From NCBI GenBank assembly GCA_965217895.1, contig CBDCJV010000002.1, positions 1,824,001-1,888,000 on the forward strand: a stretch of DNA of 64,000 bases, read 5' to 3'. This document shows positions 29,430 to 37,866 of this stretch, piece by piece; the first letter of the stretch is position 1; each line of letters opens with the position of its first letter. Made by a program: the position numbers and the translations under genes. The notes beneath the pieces are model-generated. The model did not search any database. It saw only the letters and a program-made list of their open reading frames with translations, and was not told the origin of the DNA. This stretch comes from Waterburya sp. Its GTDB lineage: Bacteria; Cyanobacteriota; Cyanobacteriia; Cyanobacteriales; Xenococcaceae.

Positions 29430-30158
29430 TTACTTTACAGCCATAAGAGTAACCAAGCCATTATTGGTGTTAGAAACAATTTTATTAAAACCTACATCAC
29501 TAAGCTGTTTATCTACCCACTGCTTAGATAAGCGTAACTTTCTATAAAAACTTTTATTTAACTTCCAACTATCATGATTTTTTTGATAGATAAGATCGTG
29601 AACTTTAACTGTATCTGGTTCATATTCTAAAAAGCAGGTAAATATTGTTTGCTCATCACTCTTAATGGTTATAAAGCGATCAAGTTCAGATAACTCAACA
29701 GAAAGATCCCTGAAGGTAATAATAAACTTACCGTTGTCTTCTAATGCTGAAAACACTTTTCTAAGCAGAGAAATCACTTTATCTGGCGACTCTAAATGAA
29801 GCAGAGTATCAGTCATGCAGGTGATTAACTCTACTTGAGTATTAATATATTGCTCAAAATTGATGAGATCGTCTTGAATTGTAGAGATAGCCAAGTTAGT
29901 GGTACAATTTGCTTCTAATTCATCAAGCAACTGCCGATCTAAATCAATAGCTGTAACGGTAAAACCTAGTTTAGCCAGAGGAATTGATTGAAATCCGCAT
30001 CCTGCACCAAGATCGATTGCTTTAGCCGAGCTTGTTGGACTAACATGGTGTTCGTTCAAAAACTTAATATTTTTGCTGATACCTTGTTCAAACCCATTAA
30101 ATATCCAAGAGTAAACATCTGCAAGAACTTGATTATAATGCTCCTGAACTGTTGTCAT
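29430..30158 (-). CDS. class I SAM-dependent methyltransferase
   Basis: AIDLGAGCG motif I, VTAIDL, CMTDTLLHL. Confidence 0.88.
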   Translation of the reverse strand: MTTVQEHYNQVLADVYSWIFNGFEQGISKNIKFLNEHHVSPTSSAKAIDLGAGCGFQSIPLAKLGFTVTAIDLDRQLLDELEANCTTNLAISTIQDDLINFEQYINTQVELITCMTDTLLHLESPDKVISLLRKVFSALEDNGKFIITFRDLSVELSELDRFITIKSDEQTIFTCFLEYEPDTVKVHDLIYQKNHDSWKLNKSFYRKLRLSKQWVDKQLSDVGFNKIVSNTNNGLVTLMAVK

Positions 30159-30195
30159 AATCACCCTCAATATTTATTGTTGTCTTGATTATTAG

Positions 30196-31023
30196 TTACT
30201 GTCTTTGTCTAAATACTTCATAAAGGGCGATCGCTGCTGCCACAGAAGCATTAAGACTGGGAGTTTTACCACTTAGAGGAATTGCCACTAGCTGATCGCA
30301 GTTTTTCTCTGTTGATTGACTCAAGCCTTGACCTTCTGAGCCGATAACTAAACCCACAGAGCCACTAAAGTTAGTCTGGTGCAGCATATTATCTGTATCG
30401 GCTGTTGTGCCATAGATCCAAAAGCCAGCATCTTTAAGCTTGATAATTGCTTGGTTCAAGTTTACGACTCTGGCGATCGCCATATTTTCTAATGCCCCTG
30501 CTGCCACCTTCATTACCGTTGAAGTAATACCTGCTGCGCGCCGTTGAGGAATAACTATTCCTTGGACACCTAATGCTTCGGCAGTACGGATAATTGCACC
30601 CAGATTATGAGGATCTTCGATCCCATCGGCAATGACAATTACAGGATCGGGTGTTTTTTTAGCATGGTCAATTAAAGCGGGCAAATCCCAGTAAGAGTAA
30701 GGAGCAACCTGGGCTGCAATGCCCTGATGATTGCCTCCTTGGGTTAACTGAGCTAAACGACGGGAATCTACCTCATCAATAATTGTACCGTTGGCTTTAG
30801 CCTCTTTAACTAAGGGATAAAACTGTCCGTGAGCGAGGAGTTTATCCGTAAGCCAAATTCGATTAATCTGGCGATCGCTTTTTAAGGCAGCCAAAACCGC
30901 ATGACGACCATAAGTTAAATCTATTTCTTCTGCTGGTTGAGTAAAAATCTCAGGAGTATTCTTACTATTAGAGTTAATTTTTGATTGAATTTTTTTCTTT
31001 GGTGGAGACGATTTGGGTTTCAT
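30196..31023 (-). CDS. rlmB: 23S rRNA G2251 2'-O-methyltransferase RlmB (SpoU family)
   Basis: [39 protein letters not shown]. Confidence 0.95.
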   Translation of the reverse strand: MKPKSSPPKKKIQSKINSNSKNTPEIFTQPAEEIDLTYGRHAVLAALKSDRQINRIWLTDKLLAHGQFYPLVKEAKANGTIIDEVDSRRLAQLTQGGNHQGIAAQVAPYSYWDLPALIDHAKKTPDPVIVIADGIEDPHNLGAIIRTAEALGVQGIVIPQRRAAGITSTVMKVAAGALENMAIARVVNLNQAIIKLKDAGFWIYGTTADTDNMLHQTNFSGSVGLVIGSEGQGLSQSTEKNCDQLVAIPLSGKTPSLNASVAAAIALYEVFRQRQ

Positions 31024-31057
31024 TATTTAATGCCTGTTACAAAAAAAAGCTGAATAT

Positions 31058-31465
31058 CTATTCTCCACTGTCAACGAAAGCAAAATCCAATTTGGCAAAC
31101 AATTCTTGTAAACGCTGAGGATTAGTTAAATGAAGATAGCCGACTAATGCTTCTAAGCCAGTTGCTTGCTGGTAAACGTGGCGAGATAAACGGCGAGGCT
31201 TGGTTGCACAAGCGTTGCGTCCTCGGCGTAAAATTTCCTTTTCCCCATCAGTTAAATATGGGAGTAAGGAGGATAAATGTATCGCCTGACTTTCGGCTCT
31301 TACTTGGGTGACGACTCGATCATGATAATCAGCCATACGTTTCGGGGGCATTAAGAATCTGGTGCGAACATATAGTTCAAATACAGCATCTCCTACATAC
31401 GCTAGAGCGATCGGCGACAACCGTTCAATTTCCGTCAATTGAATTGTTGTAGTCGAATCTGCCAT
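31058..31465 (-). CDS. mrnC: Mini-ribonuclease III
   Basis: ALAYVGDAVFELYVR, RRGRNA, YQQATGLEALVGYL. Confidence 0.92.
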   Translation of the reverse strand: MADSTTTIQLTEIERLSPIALAYVGDAVFELYVRTRFLMPPKRMADYHDRVVTQVRAESQAIHLSSLLPYLTDGEKEILRRGRNACATKPRRLSRHVYQQATGLEALVGYLHLTNPQRLQELFAKLDFAFVDSGE

Positions 31466-31554
31466 AACTCCCAATTTTACCTAAGCATGAGCCGTGTCTA
31501 TTGGCGTATTATCGAGTAGTTTATCTTCTGGTAAAAAAGCATCCATCAAGGACG

Positions 31555-31920
31555 TTATTTTTTTAGGCTTTCTAGTGCCTCTTCTACAGAAGGCTGGAGA
31601 GAAAGAAATTTCTCTAAACGAACTAGCTTAACAGTTTGTGTCACCCTAGGGTTAGTAACAACCTGTAAACTACCTCCTATTGTCTGCGCCTTCTTCACGA
31701 GCTGCACCAAAGCTCCCAGCCCAGAACTGTCGATAAAATCAATTTGTGCAAGAACCAAAATTAGGTTTTTTGGCCCCTCGTCTATACAGTTACCAATAAC
31801 CTTACGGAATGCTGGTTCTGAAAAGGCATCGAGTAACCCAGTTAGACGAAATATTTGATAGTTTTCCCTGACTTCGCGGGTGCCTCTTAAGCTTACAGTC
31901 AGGTTTAGCTGCTCAGGAAT
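31555..31920 (-). CDS. STAS-domain anti-sigma-factor antagonist, probable ATT start
   Basis: frame open upstream of the called ORF (IPEQLNLTVSLRGTREV...LTGLLDAF...FIDSSGLGAL); GGAGGAGG precedes ATT at 31920; in-frame stop at 31942-31944. Confidence 0.85.
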   Translation of the reverse strand: MPEQLNLTVSLRGTREVRENYQIFRLTGLLDAFSEPAFRKVIGNCIDEGPKNLILVLAQIDFIDSSGLGALVQLVKKAQTIGGSLQVVTNPRVTQTVKLVRLEKFLSLQPSVEEALESLKK

Positions 31921-32111
31921 AGCCTCCTCCTCAACTTTACCTTATGATTGCTAGCAGTAAGTGCTGTGCCGAATACCGACTTGTAACATTACTTTTAGCT
32001 TTGTCAATGGTAAAGTATAGCTCATTTTTACTAGGGTTGATAATTATTCAATTAAACATAATCTATAAGCTTTATTTAAGCTCAAAGTAACAGAATAAAT
32101 ATAAATATATA

Positions 32112-32145
32112 CAAAAAACCCTGCTTTAGCTATAAATGCAGGGTT
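32112..32145 (-). terminator. intrinsic terminator with no upstream ORF
   Basis: minus strand AACCCTGC-atttatagctaaa-GCAGGGTT followed by a T-tract. Confidence 0.6.
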
Positions 32146-32409
32146 GTAGAGCAAGAGGAATTAATTTTAGAAAGCTGTGTAAAATCACCTTGCAAATAGT
32201 GGATTACCTTTTGATTAACCAAATATTACTGTTGGTAAAATTCAAATACATTCGTACAAACACGGAAGTTTTTTAGTAGATGGTGTTTTGATGGCTTTTT
32301 TGTTAAAGATTTTTAATTTTTGATTGCTAAGGGTACTTCGTTGTAAAGTAGGCACACGCATTTAAATACTACTAATATTGCTAATCATTTAGCTTAATAA
32401 ATATAAATA

Positions 32410-33711
32410 ATGTTAATTCTGCGTCCGATCGCAAAAATCAAAAAAAACACCTTTAAATTTATCAAAACTAATTTCCTAATTGTTTTACTGGCTGGTTTGG
32501 GTTTAGCTTTTTTCGTAATCTTACCTGCCTGGACTCAGCAAGCTGTGACGATCGCAACTTTGGTCAGAGCCGATGAAGCACAACAGCTACAGCCTTTAGT
32601 TAATAAATTTAATCAACAGCACTCAAATATTCGCTTTCAAATTATCGAAGCTCCTAGTGATAGTAACCAAGTAGAAGATTTATATACATCTTCGTTTTTA
32701 CTAGGTAATTCTCCTTACGATTTGGTTTATATGGATATCGTTTGGACTTCCAAATTCGCTGCTGCGGGTTGGTTGAGAGATATTAGCGATCGCCTGCCTG
32801 ATGCTGAAGCAGCCGAATATCTCAAGGCAGATCTTGCAGGGGGAATGTATGAAGATAAGCTGTATCGTCTTCCTTTTCGCTCTGATGCGGGAATGCTTTA
32901 TTATCGCCAAGACTTACTCGAACAAACTGGCTATGAAGCCCCAGAAACCTTTGATGAACTACTAAAAATTTCTCAGGACTTACAAAAGCAAGGATTAGCG
33001 GACTGGGGTTATCTATGGCAGGGGAAGCAGTATGAAGGACTAGCTGCCATGTTTGTCGAGATCTTGGCAGGAAATGGAGCTTTTTGGGTCGATCCTGACA
33101 CTTTGGAGGTTGGTTTAGATCGGCCAGAAGCGATCGCTTCGGCAGAATTTTTACATAAGGCGATCGCGTTAAAAGTTTCTCCTCCAGGTGTCACTACCTA
33201 TGCCGAAGAGGAAACCCGCCGTTTATTCGAGAATGGCAAGGCAGTTTTTCTCAGAAATTGGCCTTACGTCTACAGCTTGGCGTTAGAGTCTCCCATTGCC
33301 GGAAAATTTAACATTAGGCCAATGGTTCATGCAAAGGGTAAAAATAGCGGTGCAACTCTTGGAGGATGGGGATTAGGTATTTCTACAAGCACCAAGCATC
33401 CCGATGAAACTTGGCAAGTAATGAAATTTCTTAGTAGTGAAGACTCTCAACGAAAATTTGTCTTAGAAACTGGTTTTGTTCCCAGTCGCACGGTTTTATT
33501 TAATGACCCTGAGATTGTGGCTAAATATAATTACTATCCCAAGCTACTAGATGTTGTTAAAAGCTCTGCCTTACGCCCGCCTATTGCTCAGTATGCTCAA
33601 GCTTCAGATATTCTTCAGCGTTATCTTAGTGCAGTCATAACAGGCAGTTCGACTCCTAAACAAGCTATGAAAGCTGCTGCCAATGAAACCCGCAACCTGT
33701 TGAAAAGATGA
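32410..33711 (+). CDS. sugar ABC transporter substrate-binding protein
   Basis: YDLVYMDIVW, LYYRQDLL, FLRNWPY, TLGGWGLGI. Confidence 0.9.
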   Translation: MLILRPIAKIKKNTFKFIKTNFLIVLLAGLGLAFFVILPAWTQQAVTIATLVRADEAQQLQPLVNKFNQQHSNIRFQIIEAPSDSNQVEDLYTSSFLLGNSPYDLVYMDIVWTSKFAAAGWLRDISDRLPDAEAAEYLKADLAGGMYEDKLYRLPFRSDAGMLYYRQDLLEQTGYEAPETFDELLKISQDLQKQGLADWGYLWQGKQYEGLAAMFVEILAGNGAFWVDPDTLEVGLDRPEAIASAEFLHKAIALKVSPPGVTTYAEEETRRLFENGKAVFLRNWPYVYSLALESPIAGKFNIRPMVHAKGKNSGATLGGWGLGISTSTKHPDETWQVMKFLSSEDSQRKFVLETGFVPSRTVLFNDPEIVAKYNYYPKLLDVVKSSALRPPIAQYAQASDILQRYLSAVITGSSTPKQAMKAAANETRNLLKR

Positions 33712-33748
33712 GGGATGAAGAAAAAGAAAATAACAATAATCATGAACA

Positions 33749-34627
33749 ATGCTTAATAAACAAGAAAAACTAACGGGCTGGCTTTTACTGTTTCCAGCTT
33801 TACTGATAATGGGTTTGGTATTTATTTATCCCATTGCTAGAGCCTTTTATCTAAGCTGGTTTACCGAAAACTTAGGTACACAGCTACAGCCAGTTTTTGC
33901 AGGTTTTGGTAATTACCAGCGAATGCTAGGGGATGGCAGATTTTGGCAAAGTTTATTTAATACCTCTGTCTTTACCGTAATCAGTGTCTCCCTAGAATTG
34001 ATCTTAGGCTTGGGAATTGCCCTAGTTTTAAACAAATCTTTTTTTGGTCGCGGAATTGTCCGCACAATTTCGATCATTCCCTGGGCTTTACCTACCGCTG
34101 TCATGGGGTTAGCTTGGGCTTGGATTTTTAACGATCAGTATGGAGTGGTCAACGATATACTCACCCGTTTAGGATTGATTGATACGGGAATCAACTGGCT
34201 AGGGACACCTGCTTTAGCCCTGACGGCTTTAATCGTGGCTGATGTTTGGAAAACAACCCCTTTTATTAGCATTATTTTATTAGCTGGACTGCAATCTATC
34301 TCCGAAGATTTGTATGAAGCTCATCGAATGGATGGGGCAAGTTCCTGGCAGAGTTTCTATCAAATAACTTTACCCTTACTGATGCCTCAGATTTTAATTG
34401 CCTTGCTGTTTAGATTTGCTCAGTCTTTTGGTATTTTCGATCTGGTGCAGGTAATGACAGGCGGTGGCCCAGCAGGTTCAACGGAAACGGTTTCAATCTA
34501 TATTTACTCGACGGTAATGCGCTATTTAGATTTTGGTTATGGTGCAGCTTTGGTTGTAGTAACTTTTCTCTTGTTAATATTAGCCGTAGCCCTTACTTCT
34601 TTGATGTTGAAAAAAGTTCGCGCTTAA
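33749..34627 (+). CDS. sugar ABC transporter permease, MalF-like
   Basis: ADVWKTTPF, LYEAHRMDGA, TGGGPAGST. Confidence 0.92.
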   Translation: MLNKQEKLTGWLLLFPALLIMGLVFIYPIARAFYLSWFTENLGTQLQPVFAGFGNYQRMLGDGRFWQSLFNTSVFTVISVSLELILGLGIALVLNKSFFGRGIVRTISIIPWALPTAVMGLAWAWIFNDQYGVVNDILTRLGLIDTGINWLGTPALALTALIVADVWKTTPFISIILLAGLQSISEDLYEAHRMDGASSWQSFYQITLPLLMPQILIALLFRFAQSFGIFDLVQVMTGGGPAGSTETVSIYIYSTVMRYLDFGYGAALVVVTFLLLILAVALTSLMLKKVRA

Positions 34628-34678
34628 AATAAATTGTTATGTTGTACCAAATTAGATGGCACTTACTACAGAAATCTC

Positions 34679-34706
34679 GTAAGGGCGAATCAGCCTTAGC
34701 CCCTAC
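34679..34706. repeat. REP-like palindrome
   Basis: GTAAGGGCGAA...TTAGCCCCTAC. Confidence 0.55.
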
Positions 34707-34746
34707 AAATTATAATGTGTAATGTCTTTCATTTTAATCGGTATTA

Positions 34747-36154
34747 CTACAAAATCAAAGATTGATTAGAATTCATCATCAAATCATCAAATTCTTCAAA
34801 AGTCTCAAATTGTAGCTTTTTAGCAAAAAGAGTCGCAAAATCCGACATAGATTTAATTATTTCTTCATGATTTTTGGAGGCTAACCCCACGTCTATAGCA
34901 GCAAAACAAGCTTCAAATTCAGCACAACGGACTTGAAACTCAACTGCAAATAAGCGTTCAAATTCTGCTCGCTGTTCTTTCATAGTTTTACAAGCTTCAT
35001 TACACATCGCGATGATACGTTCGGTTTCTACTTTAGCCAAATGAGCTTCCTTAAAAATAGCAGTAGCCGATTGATAAACACTAGCAGCAATAAGATATCC
35101 AGCCATACTTCCCACGACTGCACCTAAGGGGCCAAAAATTGCTCCTGCTGCTGCACCAGCATATAAACTAGATGTCGTGCAAGTTCCAGTTTGTCCAATT
35201 CTCTCAATTAACTCTTCGACGGTAATTTCTCCTTTCGCAAAGCTGTAAACTGACGCTCCAGTGTCAATCACTCCTGCTGCTACCGTTACTGCTACATTGG
35301 ATTTACTTATTACTTTGACTCCCAATTTAGTTGCACCATAACGAATTATTGTCCCACCTGCGCTGGTAGCACTACTACGCAAAGCTAATTTTCCTCCATC
35401 TATGACAGTATTAGCGATCGCTTCTTCAAATGATGTATCATGATTTGACGTAGCCAAAGTATTTTTAACTCCTGATATTGCTGCTCCAATAACAAATCCA
35501 GCAATCGCTGCATTAGCTCCTGTAAAGACAGCTTCTTTAGCAACATATTTAACTTCTGTTATTGCGCCGTAAAGCTCTGGGTTTTTAGCTGCCCAAATAT
35601 TTTCCTGATAAGATGTTCCTTCAGATTTAACCTGATCGTATTCTAATTTATCGGTTACATTCCTGGCGGTATCTGCATAATCATCAGTATGATATTGAGA
35701 ACGTTTTTGAGCTAATTCTCTGACATTTGAACCATTGCCATGAGGAACTAACTTTTGCATTTCCTCATATTTAGGATTGCTTAAAGAATCAGTTAGATTA
35801 CTAACCTTGTTCATAGATTTGGCTTGAACTTCTTGAACAACCTGATTACTATTTTTAATTAGCAAATCGGCAGCAGCATAAGAGATTGCCCTCAGCAGCC
35901 GTAATACTTGCTTTTAATGGAGAGCCTTTTAAAGCAGCATCAGCATTAAACTTAGCTGCTTCTATGTATTCAAATAAATTACCTTGAGCAATTTTAGGAT
36001 TGACTGCTCCTAATTTTTTAGCAGCTATTCTAAATAAATCCATTCCTTGCTGCATTGTATCTGTAGCGTTTGCGTGTAACTTAGAAACTTCAGTTCCATA
36101 TATACCAGCACCAAGAGCAATATTAAAGTTATGTTGAGATCTTTTGGGAGTCAT
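34747..36154 (-). pseudogene. frameshifted ~468-aa protein: PD-(D/E)xK-like N-terminus plus glycine-zipper/coiled-coil C-terminus
   Basis: ORFs 35855-36154 and 34747-35865 join if one base is removed near 35883 (AAT C[T]CT TAT GCT GCT GCC GAT); span is 3n+1. Confidence 0.7.
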
Positions 36155-36259
36155 TATTGTTTGATTCAATTTAAATTTATAACCCCCAACTCGTCTCAAG
36201 TGAATAAGTTAGGGAATTAGAGAAAATTATGCTTAATAGTTTTGTTATGCTCATAGAGC

Positions 36260-37264
36260 TTAGCTTCGAGATAAAAATATCTTCTCCCCTTGTTCTAGAG
36301 CTTTAAAGTACTTATCATTAACTGCACCTTCTTCAGTTAAAAGTGGAGTTTCTAAAACTATTTTTAATACTTGAACAAATTGAACCGCTAAATGAACTTG
36401 GCGTTTTTGTGAGGGGCTATATAGAGAATAATCTCCTCCTAAAGCCACAATTGTACTTTCTAAAGTATCTAGAACAGGTATCATAGTTTTAGATAATCTT
36501 TGAATGACTTCCTCAAACTTGAGAGCTATATCATTTATCGCTTCTGACCTAGAAATAGCATCATTCATCTGCTCAACAGCCTTTGTTGTCTCTGCTTGAT
36601 ACTTTTGAGCGTTAGCCAAATTTTCTTGTGCTTTAGAAGCCATCATCAAACCACCGACAGCAAACACGGGACTCGCTATAATTCCTCCCAAAACTGCCAT
36701 TCCACCAGCCATACCTAGACCACCTGCTGCTAACGAGCCTCCACCAAACCAGGCTAAGGTAGCATTGGTAGCTGCTGCACCTGCTAGAGAGCCAATAGCA
36801 GTTCCCGTTGAAGCAGAAGCAAACATCATCGCTCCACCGTAACTTACTACTCCAACTAATGCCCCACTGCCTACAGCACCAGCACCGCCCATCATTACTT
36901 CTTGAGCCTTCAAAGACAAATCTTTCATTTGCCCTAATTCTTCTATGGTAAATTTAGCAGCATTAAATTCACCAACATTAGCCTGTCCTTTTAATTCAAT
37001 ATTTTTTAACTGTTCGTAAAGTTGAACAAAGCGACCTAACTGACGATCCCATACCTCTAATTTAAGTTTTCCTAGATTTTCTAGTGATTGAATGGTGGTT
37101 TGTCGTACATACTTGAGATCAAGTTCTGTACGTTTATAAATTGCTTGTGCTTCTTTCTGTAATTCTTCAGCTTTTGAGTTGTCAGAACCTGCTTCGATAC
37201 CTTTTATAATACCTGTTACACCAGCAGTTATAGCTGCTGCACCTAAAATAAAGGGGAGAACCAT
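36260..37264 (-). CDS. glycine-zipper helical membrane protein of unknown function
   Basis: hydrophobic N-terminus, helical arms, central ASTGTAIGSLAGAAATNATLAWFGGGSLAAGGLGMAGG. Confidence 0.8.
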   Translation of the reverse strand: MVLPFILGAAAITAGVTGIIKGIEAGSDNSKAEELQKEAQAIYKRTELDLKYVRQTTIQSLENLGKLKLEVWDRQLGRFVQLYEQLKNIELKGQANVGEFNAAKFTIEELGQMKDLSLKAQEVMMGGAGAVGSGALVGVVSYGGAMMFASASTGTAIGSLAGAAATNATLAWFGGGSLAAGGLGMAGGMAVLGGIIASPVFAVGGLMMASKAQENLANAQKYQAETTKAVEQMNDAISRSEAINDIALKFEEVIQRLSKTMIPVLDTLESTIVALGGDYSLYSPSQKRQVHLAVQFVQVLKIVLETPLLTEEGAVNDKYFKALEQGEKIFLSRS

Positions 37265-37458
37265 ATAAAAACCATTTTATAAATAACCTTAAATTAATAT
37301 TAATTTTACTCATTCAAACAAAGCAGTGATCTGAATCAATAAAGACAATAATCTTTCTAATTGCAATTACAGAAACCGCTAAAATGAATAGAGGAGGGGA
37401 TTACGCTGCGTGTAGCCGACGGATCTCGTTTAACTATTTCAAATCCGTGTTTAATTCT

Positions 37459-37710
37459 TTATTCCTCATCCTTTGGTATGGGCAACATGATCCAGGCTTG
37501 AGCAATCAATTCGCTCAACCACTTGCGCCGATCTAACTCCAAAAGGCTATCGTCTTGTAAAATTCCTGCGGTTAGATCTTCTAAAGACTGTCCTTGCTGA
37601 CGAGCGATCTGAACCACCCCTGCGATCGCACTGGCAATAACTTCTTCATTAACGGAACTATTTCTTAATGCTAATATTTCTTCTGTGTTAGCGGGAATGG
37701 GATAATCCAT
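37459..37710 (-). CDS. small hypothetical protein
   Basis: ATG start MDYPIPANTEEILALR...IAGVVQIARQQGQSLEDL. Confidence 0.7.
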   Translation of the reverse strand: MDYPIPANTEEILALRNSSVNEEVIASAIAGVVQIARQQGQSLEDLTAGILQDDSLLELDRRKWLSELIAQAWIMLPIPKDEE

Positions 37711-37866
37711 AGATATAAGGCAGCAATATGAGGACAAATTAGTTATTGTGTACTAACAACAAGACTTGTCTGGCTAAAAGTCAAATTGCCTCGCAAGTAT
37801 AGCCCATTTCTAATTAATTCAACTTTGTTTTAAAACTTCTTACAAAGAAAATAATAGTCTTTATAT

